Position numbers and translations under genes: made by a program. From positions 2,624,001 through 2,688,000 of the forward strand of contig OY776510.1 in assembly GCA_963675665.1 (NCBI GenBank): a DNA stretch of 64,000 nucleotides, written 5' to 3'. Shown here in pieces: positions 36,001 through 45,386 of this stretch. This DNA is from Spirochaetia bacterium. Its GTDB lineage: Bacteria; Spirochaetota; Spirochaetia; UBA9216. The notes under the pieces are model-generated. The model was given only the letters and a program-made list of their open reading frames with translations, was not told the origin of the DNA and did not search any database. Within the stretch, counting starts at the first letter, position 1, and the number at the start of each line of letters is the position of its first letter.

Positions 36001-37212
36001 AACTGTATCGGCGCCGATCAGGTTGCCGATAAACTTCCGCCCGGACCCGGTGCTGCCCGCAGCAGAGACGGCAATGCTCAATTTCTCCCGTTCGATATAA
36101 GCGCTGCAGGCCTTGAATATAGCTTGAACGGCGGCGACAGGTCTGCCTGCAGTTCTGGTGTAAAAACCCGCTACAGGATTAAACGATGCGTCAATAATTA
36201 TAGCCTTTGTTGAAGTTGAACCTATATCAATTCCCATGGATACTTCAACGGGTATTTCCCCGGAAAGGTCCTGATAAATATCAACCTCTACATCGCTTTT
36301 ATCTGAAAAGTGAAAATTATAATGCTGAAGGCCGTTAAAATCGGGATAATCCGAGAGTTTCAATTCAAGCGGAGAATAAAAATATTCTTTCTCCGCGGCA
36401 TCCGCATCCTGTACCAGTTCAAAACGGTTTTCAGTTTCCTGCGGCAGGTTATCCTGAAGAAGCAGCCTGACCGCGCCGGCGGCCCCGGCAAGGTGGGAGT
36501 ACCTGTGAATCAGGATCTCGTGTCCCAGAATTTCTTCCAGATGCCCGACAACCGCCCTGTTGGCGGCTACGCCTCCGGTGAACACCATGGGGCTGTAATT
36601 CACTTTATCATCGAACAATGAGTCTGCAATATTATTGCCCAGGCCGGCGCAAAGCCCGTCGCAGATCTCTTCGATGGAATAGCCTTCCTGCTGAGAGTGG
36701 ATGATATCGGTCTTTGCGAAAACAGCGCATCTCGATGCTATTTTTGGAACAGCGCCGGTATTGAACAGGGCTTTCCTGCTCAGTTCGGCGCTGTCTGCAA
36801 GGTTTAGTCTTCCGGCCTGCTGATCCAGGAAACCGCCGGTGCCCGCGGCGCAGGAAGTGTTGGATTTCATATTTGTAAAACGGCTGCGGTCATCGAATTC
36901 GATCAATGAGAATCTTTCCCCTCCTACATTGAGGATTGATCTGATATTGCCGTAAAAAAAATTGACGCCCTGAATAATTGATACGATCGGATCAAAACTG
37001 ATCGCGCCGGTGATGATGTCGGGGGTAGAAGCCGTCCGGGCGATTCCGGTCGCATCCGAATAGTCAATTTCCAGAAGCATTTCCCTGATCGCCTTTGAGG
37101 GGTTGCCGTTATGATATCCGTAGCGGTGGTCCGTTACTATTCCTTCAGCAGTCATGACGATGAGAGATACGGTCACGGAGCCTGAATCTATGCCGATAAA
37201 TTTATCTTTCAT
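33010..37212 (-). CDS. CoA-substrate-specific enzyme activase (2-hydroxyacyl-CoA dehydratase activator; two BadF/BcrA ATPase domains + DUF2229-like)
   Basis: GIDSGS and GIDIGSTSTK, two CAAGTG motifs, RCAVFAKTD, C..CGNHC, CSPD. Confidence 0.92.
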   Translation of the reverse strand: MKDKFIGIDSGSVTVSLIVMTAEGIVTDHRYGYHNGNPSKAIREMLLEIDYSDATGIARTASTPDIITGAISFDPIVSIIQGVNFFYGNIRSILNVGGERFSLIEFDDRSRFTNMKSNTSCAAGTGGFLDQQAGRLNLADSAELSRKALFNTGAVPKIASRCAVFAKTDIIHSQQEGYSIEEICDGLCAGLGNNIADSLFDDKVNYSPMVFTGGVAANRAVVGHLEEILGHEILIHRYSHLAGAAGAVRLLLQDNLPQETENRFELVQDADAAEKEYFYSPLELKLSDYPDFNGLQHYNFHFSDKSDVEVDIYQDLSGEIPVEVSMGIDIGSTSTKAIIIDASFNPVAGFYTRTAGRPVAAVQAIFKACSAYIEREKLSIAVSAAGSTGSGRKFIGNLIGADTVLDEISAHARAAVLLDPDIDTIIEIGGQDSKFTTLRKGVVTFSQMNTVCAAGTGSFIEEQASKLGVALSEYADLAEGARAPLTSDRCTVFMERDINHYLNKGYEVGEILAAVLFSVRENYLQKVAAEGNIGNRVYFQGATAKNRTLVAAFEQKLGKPVLVSKYCHLTGALGAAVTAAEEKSGISGFRGFDIWRENIEVRTEICGLCGNHCRIRIADVKNEEVAYGFLCGRDYNTKKFVKKQQTPSLLQIRKSALAPLMPAQPEKTELPVVGIPSGLRIFDETLLWRKFFNNLGIRTVTSEETPDVIARGKKLAGAEFCAPMTAFYGHTASVAEKSDVVFLPIHIGDRKDEKDTSRLRKFCYYTQFSSTLTSSMKLRGSKITSLMPLINYRSNPLKIKFELMKAVNEHVQRKFSFPEISAAFEDAVENFKKAKQALRKVYHSSENGDIQVLLTGRPYTVLLESMNKNIPGFFAALGIETYFTDMIPAAEPSEAVDGLLDQFHWAYPSEILAAADYCAKTEGLYPVFVTSFKCSPDSFTLEYFRRIMDRHEKPYLILQTDDHDSNIGYETRIEAGIRSFRNHFKSARTPAQDNKLPVLPQISKSLEGKTVLLPNWDTFVLPLVAANLRYAGIDARVLEETPKMIAESMRMNTGQCIPVNTIAHEYAQYIKKYKLNPADTVLWMIKSAWACNIPMYPSYIKSLMEKEGNGLQTAGVYTGVLTMVEISPIVSIKTYFAYMFGGNLKKIGCMIRPYEVHKGETDRVIAESRIILEKAFLGEMHFTEAVKSIIAGLDAIEYNKTDRPKVALFGDLYVRDNDVMNQNLIKIIEDAGGEVLTTPYNEYAKIISSAVFKRWFRELKISDVVICKSLLAAMELLEGRYYRYLSKYIGDPIKSKNPDIETQLANFNIRVEQEGESNENILKIFRIIKEHPDVSLFIQTNPAFCCPSLVTEAMSRDIEELTGVPVLTITYDGTESLKNDVIIPYMKYAVSGRKSGSIRI

Positions 37213-37371
37213 TTTACTTCATTTTAACTGTAAATTGTCTCAGAAGAAACTGATTTATTAATTGAATTATGCCCTTTATACGTAATAATGTAATTCAGGC
37301 GATATCGGCAATGTTATAAAATATGTTCCGCTTATTTTGCCTGTTGCCATTCTGAATCATTATGTAAGAAA

Positions 37372-37896
37372 TTATGACCGGCCGAGAACATATGCTATAT
37401 CCGATACTGCCTGCGCCGGATTGTTGTTGTTTGTAAAATCCTTGTCGAACAGATTGGTCACAAACCCTTCGGAGGCTTTACTGAATATCATGTCGTGTCC
37501 TACGAATAATCCCATTGAAATGTTCAATTCGGTTTTTTTTAAATTCAGATAATCTGCCTGTCCGGCAGGATTACATATTATCTGATTGCTGCTTCCGCCG
37601 AGAATATCTTTTTTAGGTATGCGGCCGTATTTGCAGTCGACTGTGAACACGGAAAAATACCTTGAAAAATATTCCTTCAGAATCACTGCTTCCCTTGAAA
37701 AGGTAATGCAGTGAGCAATTCCGATCCGGCTGAACCCGGCGCCCCCGGCAAAATTCATGATTTCTTCAATACGGTTTGAAGTCATGCTGGTACAATCGTT
37801 GTTAACCTTCATTATTTTTCTAAAAGCGTCGTTGTATAGTTTATTCATCATATGAAAAATAGGGAAAAACCCATTCAGAGTCAATACTTTAAACAC
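37372..37896 (-). CDS. DUF1847-like metal-binding protein
   Basis: RIEEI..FA....RIGIAHC, CK.G, CNPAGQA.YLN and GL.VGHD motifs; true start probably further downstream. Confidence 0.75.
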   Translation of the reverse strand: MFKVLTLNGFFPIFHMMNKLYNDAFRKIMKVNNDCTSMTSNRIEEIMNFAGGAGFSRIGIAHCITFSREAVILKEYFSRYFSVFTVDCKYGRIPKKDILGGSSNQIICNPAGQADYLNLKKTELNISMGLFVGHDMIFSKASEGFVTNLFDKDFTNNNNPAQAVSDIAYVLGRS

Positions 37897-38182
37897 GGGG
37901 GCTATACAATCGACGGCGCTATGAGCTGTCTGATAGGCACAAACCCGGTCCGGACGGCCATTCGACGATATTCGACATACTTGATGAACGGTTCATCGAC
38001 AAAGAGAGCCGCAGGTATTCGAGCTTCTGATTTACAAGTATGATCCGACACTGTCGGAAGAAGAAAAGACTGTGGTAATTACGGCTGAGCTGGAAAAGCG
38101 GTTTCCGGGTTTTAATTCAATGATTGAAATGCGAGATCTTGCTACACCCGTAGCATGGGTTCGCTACACAAGCAATTGTCGT
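37891..38182 (+). pseudogene. Collapsed relic of phytoene-dehydrogenase-like FAD oxidoreductase
   Basis: Fragments KHGGYTIDGAMSCLIGT, YDPTLSEEEKTVV and LEKRFPG...IEMRDLATP..W.RYTSN occur in the expected order. Confidence 0.55.
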
Positions 38183-38324
38183 TCAGACTGTTGTTCTTTC
38201 TTCAAAATTTATATGATCATAAAGTTATAAATTGTTATGAAATGTTATAAAATGTAATATAAATGTTGACTTATGTGAAAAATATGATAAAATCATAGAA
38301 AAATAAAACATAAAGGAGACGATT

Positions 38325-39572
38325 ATGAAAAGGTGTTTTAGCGGGTTACTGTTAATTCTGGTTGTCAGCGGAATGGTTTTTGCCGGCGGCAATGCTGAAA
38401 CGTCGGATCCACAGAAACCGGTGGAAATTACAGTATGGCATCGATGGAGCGGGGCAAACGGAGAAATCCTGTCGGATATCTTTCGTTCTTTTGAAGCGCA
38501 GAATCCCGGGATTATAATCAAGGATTCACAGAAAATTGGTGAGTATCTTGTATTGCTCCAGACGCTGATGGCTGATTTGGCTGCCGGAAGCCCGCCGCCT
38601 GATGTGCTCATCGGAAGTTATAATTATCTGGACTTTCTGTACAGCGAACTCAGCCCTGTTCCGATCGATACGCTTGCCGATAGAGATCTGGTAGAAAAGG
38701 TCTTTAACAGGTTTGAAACTTCTGTTCTGGATTTGGGCAAGGTCGAAGGAGTTCAGGCTGGAGTTCCGTATGCTATCAGCAACATAGTTCTTTACTATAA
38801 TCCGGATATTTTCAGGGCGGCAGGTTTGGATCCTGATAATCCGCCGAAGACATGGGATGAAGTATTCGAACAGGGCCGGATTATTAAGGAAAAAACCGAC
38901 AAGTATGCCATAGCCATCCAGAAAATGGATAACTGGGCCGACCAGGCGCTGATTTTCAGTAACGGCGGACATTTGAAATCTGTCGACGGAAGCAAAGTTC
39001 TTTTTAATGACGAGGGCAGTGTCGGAGCTTATGAAATGTGGGCCAGACTGCATGCCGAAGAATTGTCTCCTCCCGGAGCTGATGAAGAAATCGCCGCAAG
39101 TTTCCTTGCCGGAGATCTTGGTATGTACGGCACAACAATAATGAAGCTTCTCTCGCAAAGAAACATGGCTACATTTGAACTGGGAGTCGCACCATTCCCG
39201 GCTTTCACCGGAAAAGAGAAAAGACTGCCTGCCGGCGGCGCAGCGATCAGTGTTTTTACGGAGAAAAAAGAGAGTCAGGATGCGGTATGGAAACTGATAG
39301 ATTACATGACTTCCGATGAGGCATTGAAAGAATGGACAAAAACCGGATATTTATGTGTTACAAAAGCAGACGTGCCTGTAGCAAAAGGACAGGATATTGC
39401 CTATTCACAGGTTCCCAATGCTGTCCCCTGGCAGGCCATGCCGGGAGGATCTACAGGTCTTGAGATCGACAGAATCTTTCTTGATACCAGAACCAAGATT
39501 ATTTATGGAAATGTTGACGCAAAAGAAGGTCTTGATTCTGCTGCGGAGGCATCCAACAAGTTGCTTAAATAA
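38325..39572 (+). CDS. ABC transporter solute-binding protein (CUT1/UgpB-like)
   Basis: Signal peptide FAGGNAE; WHRW, GVPY..S..VLYYN.D.F.AAGLDP..PPKTWDE. Confidence 0.9.
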   Translation: MKRCFSGLLLILVVSGMVFAGGNAETSDPQKPVEITVWHRWSGANGEILSDIFRSFEAQNPGIIIKDSQKIGEYLVLLQTLMADLAAGSPPPDVLIGSYNYLDFLYSELSPVPIDTLADRDLVEKVFNRFETSVLDLGKVEGVQAGVPYAISNIVLYYNPDIFRAAGLDPDNPPKTWDEVFEQGRIIKEKTDKYAIAIQKMDNWADQALIFSNGGHLKSVDGSKVLFNDEGSVGAYEMWARLHAEELSPPGADEEIAASFLAGDLGMYGTTIMKLLSQRNMATFELGVAPFPAFTGKEKRLPAGGAAISVFTEKKESQDAVWKLIDYMTSDEALKEWTKTGYLCVTKADVPVAKGQDIAYSQVPNAVPWQAMPGGSTGLEIDRIFLDTRTKIIYGNVDAKEGLDSAAEASNKLLK

Positions 39573-39752
39573 ATAGAAGTTTAGCCCGGAGCTTATTGAA
39601 GATAAGGCCTGCTTGATTATGACAGGTGGAGAACCAGCCGTTTTTTACTGGATGATATTGATAGGCTTCGGGTATAATTTAAAGATAAACAGGAATTTGG
39701 TATATACTGAAAGGTCAGATTTCAGATCCGGATAACTGTATGGAGATTTTAA

Positions 39753-40562
39753 ATGGTTCATTCTATAGGCAATCAATCCGAATATGCCGTATCTACCTGG
39801 TTTTATAAGCATGAACAAATTGAGACGGCAATTAACAAATTGAAGAATTCCGGGTTTAAAAGGATAGAGTTGTGGGCGGATCAGGTCCATGCTGATCCGA
39901 GGTTGAATAATCTCTCCGGTATCAAAAATGCCTTATCAAAAAATGATGTGGAGGTGCATTCCGTTCATGCCCCCTTTTCAGGAATAGGAAATGAATTTCA
40001 GGATTCTTCCTTTTTCAGGAAATGGGAAGAGCTTCTTGATAAAACTGCTGAATACTGCAGTGAATTAAACTCGGAACTCATGGTTTTACATATTCTCAAT
40101 CGATCGGCATATAACCTGTTCAGTAATGATATCGAAAAAGTATGCTGTTTTATTGAGAATATGTCTGAAAAATTTCGCTCCAGGGGTGTTAAAATACTGT
40201 TGGAGAATTTGATTGGTTCAGGTGCTCCGGGAGAATTTGAATGCACAATCGCTGAACTGAAAAGGGTTTTCGGTTCTCTGGATATAGGTTTTTGTATAGA
40301 TATCAGCCATTCCGTGCTGACAAATCAGGATATTGAAAATGAAATTCGAATAGCCGGCGACAAGTTGTTATCGGTTCATGTCAGCAGTACCGACGGTAAG
40401 AACGACCTTCATCTGCCCCTTGATCAGGGAGTAATAAAATGGCACGAAATGTACGGCCTTTTTCGGCGGATGGGGTATAAAGGCGATTTTGTACTTGAGA
40501 TTAACGGCAGAGACTGTCCTGATGAAATTATGAAAGGTATAGAGAACTATTTCAGCAAATGA
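39753..40562 (+). CDS. Sugar phosphate isomerase/epimerase (TIM-barrel, xylose isomerase-like)
   Basis: SVHAP, LLEN, CIDISH, VHVS, DLHLP..G.I.W and LEI motifs. Confidence 0.85.
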   Translation: MVHSIGNQSEYAVSTWFYKHEQIETAINKLKNSGFKRIELWADQVHADPRLNNLSGIKNALSKNDVEVHSVHAPFSGIGNEFQDSSFFRKWEELLDKTAEYCSELNSELMVLHILNRSAYNLFSNDIEKVCCFIENMSEKFRSRGVKILLENLIGSGAPGEFECTIAELKRVFGSLDIGFCIDISHSVLTNQDIENEIRIAGDKLLSVHVSSTDGKNDLHLPLDQGVIKWHEMYGLFRRMGYKGDFVLEINGRDCPDEIMKGIENYFSK

Positions 40563-40575
40563 CGAATACAAATTA

Positions 40576-41478
40576 TTGTTTTACAAGATTGGGGTTGGCG
40601 TAGTGAGAAAAAAAATTATTCCATATTTATATGTACTTCCGGCAATAGTAGTGTTTATTGTTTTTAAATACTGGCCGATGTTCTTTGGAAGTTTTCTGAG
40701 TTTCTCAAAATGGAATTTTATCGGAAAAATAAAATGGGTCGGACTGGCAAATTTCAAAAACCTGTTTGCAAGCGACCTGTTTATATCTGCCGTAGTAAAT
40801 ACCGTAAAATATACTCTGGTATTGGTGCCTGTCTATATTGTTGTGCCGCTGTTACTGGCTATTTTGATTCTGAGGGTTAAAAACTCCCTGCTTTCAAATA
40901 TGTATAAAATACTGATTTTTATGCCTACAATTCTTTCCTTTGCAATCACATGTATGGTCTGGATGTGGATTTTTAATCCGAGTTTCGGAGCCCTGAATAC
41001 AATTCTGGGTTACTTCGGTGTGGATAATGTTTTCTGGTTGAGTGATGATCGCATGGCGTTTTGGTCGATTGTACTGGTGTCTTCATGGAAAACGCTGGGA
41101 TACAATATGATTATTTATATTGCCGGTTTATCGGCAATATCTCCCGAATTGATTGAAGCGGCATATATTGACGGGGCCAATTCATGGCAAACATTCTGGA
41201 GGATTAAATGGCCGTTATTAAGTCCAATGACGTTTTTTATATTAATTACTTCATTTATTTATGCAACGGACAAGGCGTTTATCCCCATAAATATCCTTAC
41301 AAAGGGCGGCCCGCATGAGGTTACGACAAATCTTGCCTATTCGATTTATATTTACGGATTTGAAATATTCAATATAGGGGCTGCCAATGCTGTTTCCATT
41401 TTGACATTTATTGCCTTTCTTGCCATTACATTTATTATTAACAAGACATCTAAAAAGTGGGTGAACTATGAAAACTAG
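40576..41478 (+). CDS. Carbohydrate ABC permease (UgpA-like)
   Basis: WVGLANF, EAA.IDGA loop, TKGGP. Confidence 0.92.
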   Translation: MFYKIGVGVVRKKIIPYLYVLPAIVVFIVFKYWPMFFGSFLSFSKWNFIGKIKWVGLANFKNLFASDLFISAVVNTVKYTLVLVPVYIVVPLLLAILILRVKNSLLSNMYKILIFMPTILSFAITCMVWMWIFNPSFGALNTILGYFGVDNVFWLSDDRMAFWSIVLVSSWKTLGYNMIIYIAGLSAISPELIEAAYIDGANSWQTFWRIKWPLLSPMTFFILITSFIYATDKAFIPINILTKGGPHEVTTNLAYSIYIYGFEIFNIGAANAVSILTFIAFLAITFIINKTSKKWVNYEN

Positions 41479-42298
41479 GAATATAACTTTAAGCCTGTTG
41501 ACTAACATATTTCTCATATTGATTGCTTTGTTCGTAATTTTCCCGATTGTTTTAATGATTTCCAATTCATTTAAACTTCCGGATGATATGTTTATCAGCA
41601 AAATTCAGCTGATTCCAAGGACCTGGACTCTGGAGAATTATTTTCTGTCCTGGAGAGATTATGATGTGCCGATCTGGTTTATCAATAGTATTGGAATAAC
41701 CATCGGTATTACATTTTTCCAGCTGATAATCTGCGTTCTGGTTGCCTACGGTCTGGTATTTCAGAAAATAAGATTTAAGAATGTTCTTTTTTCATTTTTT
41801 ATCGCGTCCATGGTTGTTCCGTTTCAGGTTACGATGATACCGAATTATATTCTAATCAGCAAAATGGGGCTTATGAATACGTGGATGGGGGTTATACTGC
41901 CGAACCTTGCAAATGCGTTCGGTATATTCCTTTTAAGGCAGCATTTTTCATCTTTTCCCTATTCTCTTTACGAGGCTGCCGTGCTTGAGGGCGCCAATTC
42001 GCTGGAAATTTTGTGGAAGATTGTTTTGCCAATCAGCCAGTCGTTTATAGCCGCCCTGGTAATACTGTTTTTTATGAATTCGTGGAATCTCTATTTCTGG
42101 CCCCTGCTGGTTATGCATACTCCTGAATCAAAGACACTGTCTATTGGTTTGCAGCAGTTTATTGATTATGAATTGGGGCACCGGTGGGGATTGTTTATGG
42201 CAACTGCTACTTTGGCATGTTTACCTACAATAATTTTATATAGTCTTATGCAGAAAAGAATAATAGCCACTTATTCCAAAGCGGGGATTAAGGGTTAA
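41468..42298 (+). CDS. Carbohydrate ABC permease (UgpE-like)
   Basis: FGIFLLRQHF, EAAVLEGA, WN.YFWPL. Confidence 0.92.
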   Translation: MKTRNITLSLLTNIFLILIALFVIFPIVLMISNSFKLPDDMFISKIQLIPRTWTLENYFLSWRDYDVPIWFINSIGITIGITFFQLIICVLVAYGLVFQKIRFKNVLFSFFIASMVVPFQVTMIPNYILISKMGLMNTWMGVILPNLANAFGIFLLRQHFSSFPYSLYEAAVLEGANSLEILWKIVLPISQSFIAALVILFFMNSWNLYFWPLLVMHTPESKTLSIGLQQFIDYELGHRWGLFMATATLACLPTIILYSLMQKRIIATYSKAGIKG

Positions 42299-42315
42299 AG
42301 AAGAATAATAATCAT

Positions 42316-43131
42316 TTGCAACAAGAGGGATTTATGCAAGCTGACATTTCTAAGGGAAATTTGATTCCGGCCAAAAGGCGTGAAATTATCTGTAATATTG
42401 CCCGGAAAGACGGGGTTGTCCGGATTAAGGACCTGAGTGAAAAACTGAAAGTGACCCAAATGACCGTCCACAGGGATCTTGAGATCCTGGAAAAGCAGGG
42501 TGTGCTTGAGAGAACTCACGGCGGTGCCATTTTTTCACACCGGACCGATTTTGAACCTTTGTATGTGCAAAAAAAAGAAAAGAACATTTTGCAGAAGGAA
42601 GAGATAGGAAAGATGGCTGCTTCGCTCATCAAGGAAGGAGACACAATATTCATGAATTCCGGGTCTTCAACCCTGAGTTTTATAAGGAACCTGTCGTGTG
42701 ACGGGGTCAAAATTATTACAAATAATCCCCTGGTTTCTGTCGAATCAATTCCGAATAATCTGGAGATATTTCTTACCGGGGGGCTGCTAAGGAAGGAGTC
42801 GTTCTCTTTGGTCGGAGAGTCAGCCTTACGGGATATCCGTGAAGTATACGCATCGAAGGCAATAATCGGAACCGACGGGATAAGCATGAAATACGGTTTA
42901 ACAATTTCCGTTAGGTCCGAAGCAATACTGAATTCATTGATGATTGCCCAGACTCACGGACCGGTAATAATTCTGGCGGATTCAACAAAATTCGGAAATG
43001 TTTCCAGTTTTGTTTTCTCATCTATCAAGGAAATAAGTGATGTGGTTACTGATGACGGGCTGGATAATATGTATATTGAAGAATTTGAGAAAGCAGGAGT
43101 CAATGTACATCTGGTGAAAATAAATAGATAG
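42316..43131 (+). CDS. DeoR/GlpR transcriptional regulator
   Basis: VTQMTVHRDL..LE..G...RTHGGA; DSTKFG. Confidence 0.93.
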   Translation: MQQEGFMQADISKGNLIPAKRREIICNIARKDGVVRIKDLSEKLKVTQMTVHRDLEILEKQGVLERTHGGAIFSHRTDFEPLYVQKKEKNILQKEEIGKMAASLIKEGDTIFMNSGSSTLSFIRNLSCDGVKIITNNPLVSVESIPNNLEIFLTGGLLRKESFSLVGESALRDIREVYASKAIIGTDGISMKYGLTISVRSEAILNSLMIAQTHGPVIILADSTKFGNVSSFVFSSIKEISDVVTDDGLDNMYIEEFEKAGVNVHLVKINR

Positions 43132-43212
43132 AACTGTATTTGGAAAGAAAAAATCAATTTACGCATGTTTTCACCTTCTGATGGTACAGGTTTTTGGAAA
43201 ATGTGGAGGAAT

Positions 43213-44535
43213 ATGGATATGGATTTTATGAAATACGCTGATGAGCTTCAAACAAAAATATTTTTCAACTCTGAAGGCAGTATAAAAAGTCTAGGACCGG
43301 AGTTTGAAAAGAGATATCCGCAGACGGGGGCTTTTATAGTTTGTGACGGCAATACCCTGCAAGTAGCCGGCAATGATGTTATCCGTCTTTTAAAAAATAA
43401 CGGTATAGAAACAAAACTGTATTTATTTGAAGAGAAATCTCAAAAAATGCTGGATCCCGATTATGAGAACGTAAAAAAACTAATCAGCGGGCTTCCTGCT
43501 GCCGGTTTCATTCCTGTGGCCGTTGGAAGCGGAACCATCAATGATTTGGTAAAGCGTGCAGCTTCTGAAAAGAAAGTTCCATATGTATGTATTCCTACGG
43601 CGTCATCTGTTGACGGTTATTGTTCTTTCGGAGCAGCCTTAACAGTGGACGGTTTTAAAATGACGCTTGGTTGTGACGCGCCGGAAATGGTAATTGCCGA
43701 TTCCGATATTTTAAAAACGGCGCCCCGGGAAATGACCTCTGCAGGATATGGAGACCTGTATGCCAAAAAGACAGCCGGAATTGACTGGATTATGGCTGAT
43801 ATGCTCGGTGTCGAGTCCCTTGATGAAAGAACATGGAAAATGGTACATGATGATCTTGATTCAATTTTAAAGGATTCGGACAGAATCGGCGGGGGAGACA
43901 GCCGCGCTTTATCAGGATTATTTGAAGGTCTTTGTTCTGCAGGTTTTGCGATGCAGCTTTACGGTACTTCACGGCCTGCTTCCGGGTTGGAGCATATGTT
44001 GAGTCACTACTGGGAAATGGAAAATAAAGAAAACGTACTCAAAGTTTCACATGGGTTCAAGGTCGCAGTAGGGATTCTAATCAGCACAGCCGTTACGGAA
44101 AGTTTTCTTGATTTTCCGGTTGAAACTCTGGATATAAAGAAAATTATTGATAAAAGGGAAAGTTGGGAAGAAAGAGCAGGATATATTAAAAGTTCATTTT
44201 CTTCTCCTGTAATCTCCGGGAAGGTTGAGGAAGAATGCCTCGCCAAATGGCTCAATAACCGGGAAATGACGGAGCGATTGTCTTTGCTGAAAGATAAATG
44301 GGCGGACATAAAGCAGAAAATAAAGAATGAAATGATTCCCTTCAAACAGGTGAAATCGGAGCTCAGTAAAGCAGGTTGTCCTGTCAGTATGGAAGAAATT
44401 GGTCTTTCAACAAGCTTTTTACGTGATTCTGTAATCAGGGCCCAGATGATACGCAGCCGCTATATAGTTTTGGAAGCTGTCTATGACTGCGGGTTGATGA
44501 ATGAAATCCTTAATAAGGTTGAAAACTATTTCTAA
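43213..44535 (+). CDS. sn-glycerol-1-phosphate dehydrogenase family protein (AraM/EgsA-like)
   Basis: AVGSGTINDLVK, PTASSVDGY, AGYGD, SGLEHMLSHYWEM and HGFKV motifs. Confidence 0.85.
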   Translation: MDMDFMKYADELQTKIFFNSEGSIKSLGPEFEKRYPQTGAFIVCDGNTLQVAGNDVIRLLKNNGIETKLYLFEEKSQKMLDPDYENVKKLISGLPAAGFIPVAVGSGTINDLVKRAASEKKVPYVCIPTASSVDGYCSFGAALTVDGFKMTLGCDAPEMVIADSDILKTAPREMTSAGYGDLYAKKTAGIDWIMADMLGVESLDERTWKMVHDDLDSILKDSDRIGGGDSRALSGLFEGLCSAGFAMQLYGTSRPASGLEHMLSHYWEMENKENVLKVSHGFKVAVGILISTAVTESFLDFPVETLDIKKIIDKRESWEERAGYIKSSFSSPVISGKVEEECLAKWLNNREMTERLSLLKDKWADIKQKIKNEMIPFKQVKSELSKAGCPVSMEEIGLSTSFLRDSVIRAQMIRSRYIVLEAVYDCGLMNEILNKVENYF

Positions 44536-44544
44536 CAGGAAACA

Positions 44545-45378
44545 ATGATCATGGAAAAACTGAAGAGCAAAAACAACAATATACAAGAAATCCCAAAACA
44601 ATTCTGTTGTGATCTGGAATATTTTTTTACTGATATTGATGACACGCTTACAACAAACGGTTTGCTTCCTTCATCCAGTCTTGAGGCCGTCTGGGCCTTG
44701 CATGAGGCCGGAATAAAAGTTGTTCCAATTACAGGGAGGCCCGCAGGCTGGTGTGATCATATTGCACGTATGTGGCCGGTTGAAGGTGTTATTGGAGAAA
44801 ACGGGGCATTCTATTTCTCATATGACAGGAAGAATTTAAAAGTTGAGCGAGTTTATAACTTGTCTGAGGATGAACGTATTCAATGTATCGAAGGTCTGCT
44901 GAGAATACGCCGGCGGGTTCTTGAAGAGGTGTCGGGGTGCGCCATAGCTTCTGATCAGGATTATCGGTTATTTGATTTGGCCATAGATTATTGTGAGGAT
45001 GTTTCTCCCCTCGATCAGGATGCGTTGAAAAGGATTATTGAAATTATTGAGGAAGAAAAGGCAGTTTATAAAATATCCAGTATCCACATCAACTGCTGGT
45101 ATGGTCAGTATGATAAAGTAAGCTGCCTTAAAAGATTTCTTATGGATAAAACAGGCAAAGCCGTTAACGAATATCAGAAGAGAGTCTTCTTTGTCGGCGA
45201 TTCGCCGAATGATGAGCCTATTTTCAGGGAGTTGAATTATACCGGAGCTGTTGCAAATATTAAAAAGTTTTTGGATTCAATGAAAGCTCACCCGTTATAT
45301 TTAACGTCCGGTGAATCCGGCAATGGTTTCAGGGAAATGGTTCAGGTGCTGTTGGAAAAACGGATGAAATATCTTTAA
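44545..45378 (+). CDS. HAD-IIB hydrolase (phosphatase)
   Basis: TDIDDTLT, ITGRP, GENGA, K, VGDSPNDEP motifs. Confidence 0.9.
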   Translation: MIMEKLKSKNNNIQEIPKQFCCDLEYFFTDIDDTLTTNGLLPSSSLEAVWALHEAGIKVVPITGRPAGWCDHIARMWPVEGVIGENGAFYFSYDRKNLKVERVYNLSEDERIQCIEGLLRIRRRVLEEVSGCAIASDQDYRLFDLAIDYCEDVSPLDQDALKRIIEIIEEEKAVYKISSIHINCWYGQYDKVSCLKRFLMDKTGKAVNEYQKRVFFVGDSPNDEPIFRELNYTGAVANIKKFLDSMKAHPLYLTSGESGNGFREMVQVLLEKRMKYL

Positions 45379-45386
45379 AGAACAGA

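Noticed and set aside
33935-36621. Numerous short plus-strand ORFs
   Set aside because: They are antisense shadows of the 1400-aa activase gene; the same applies to most short overlapping ORFs in the track.
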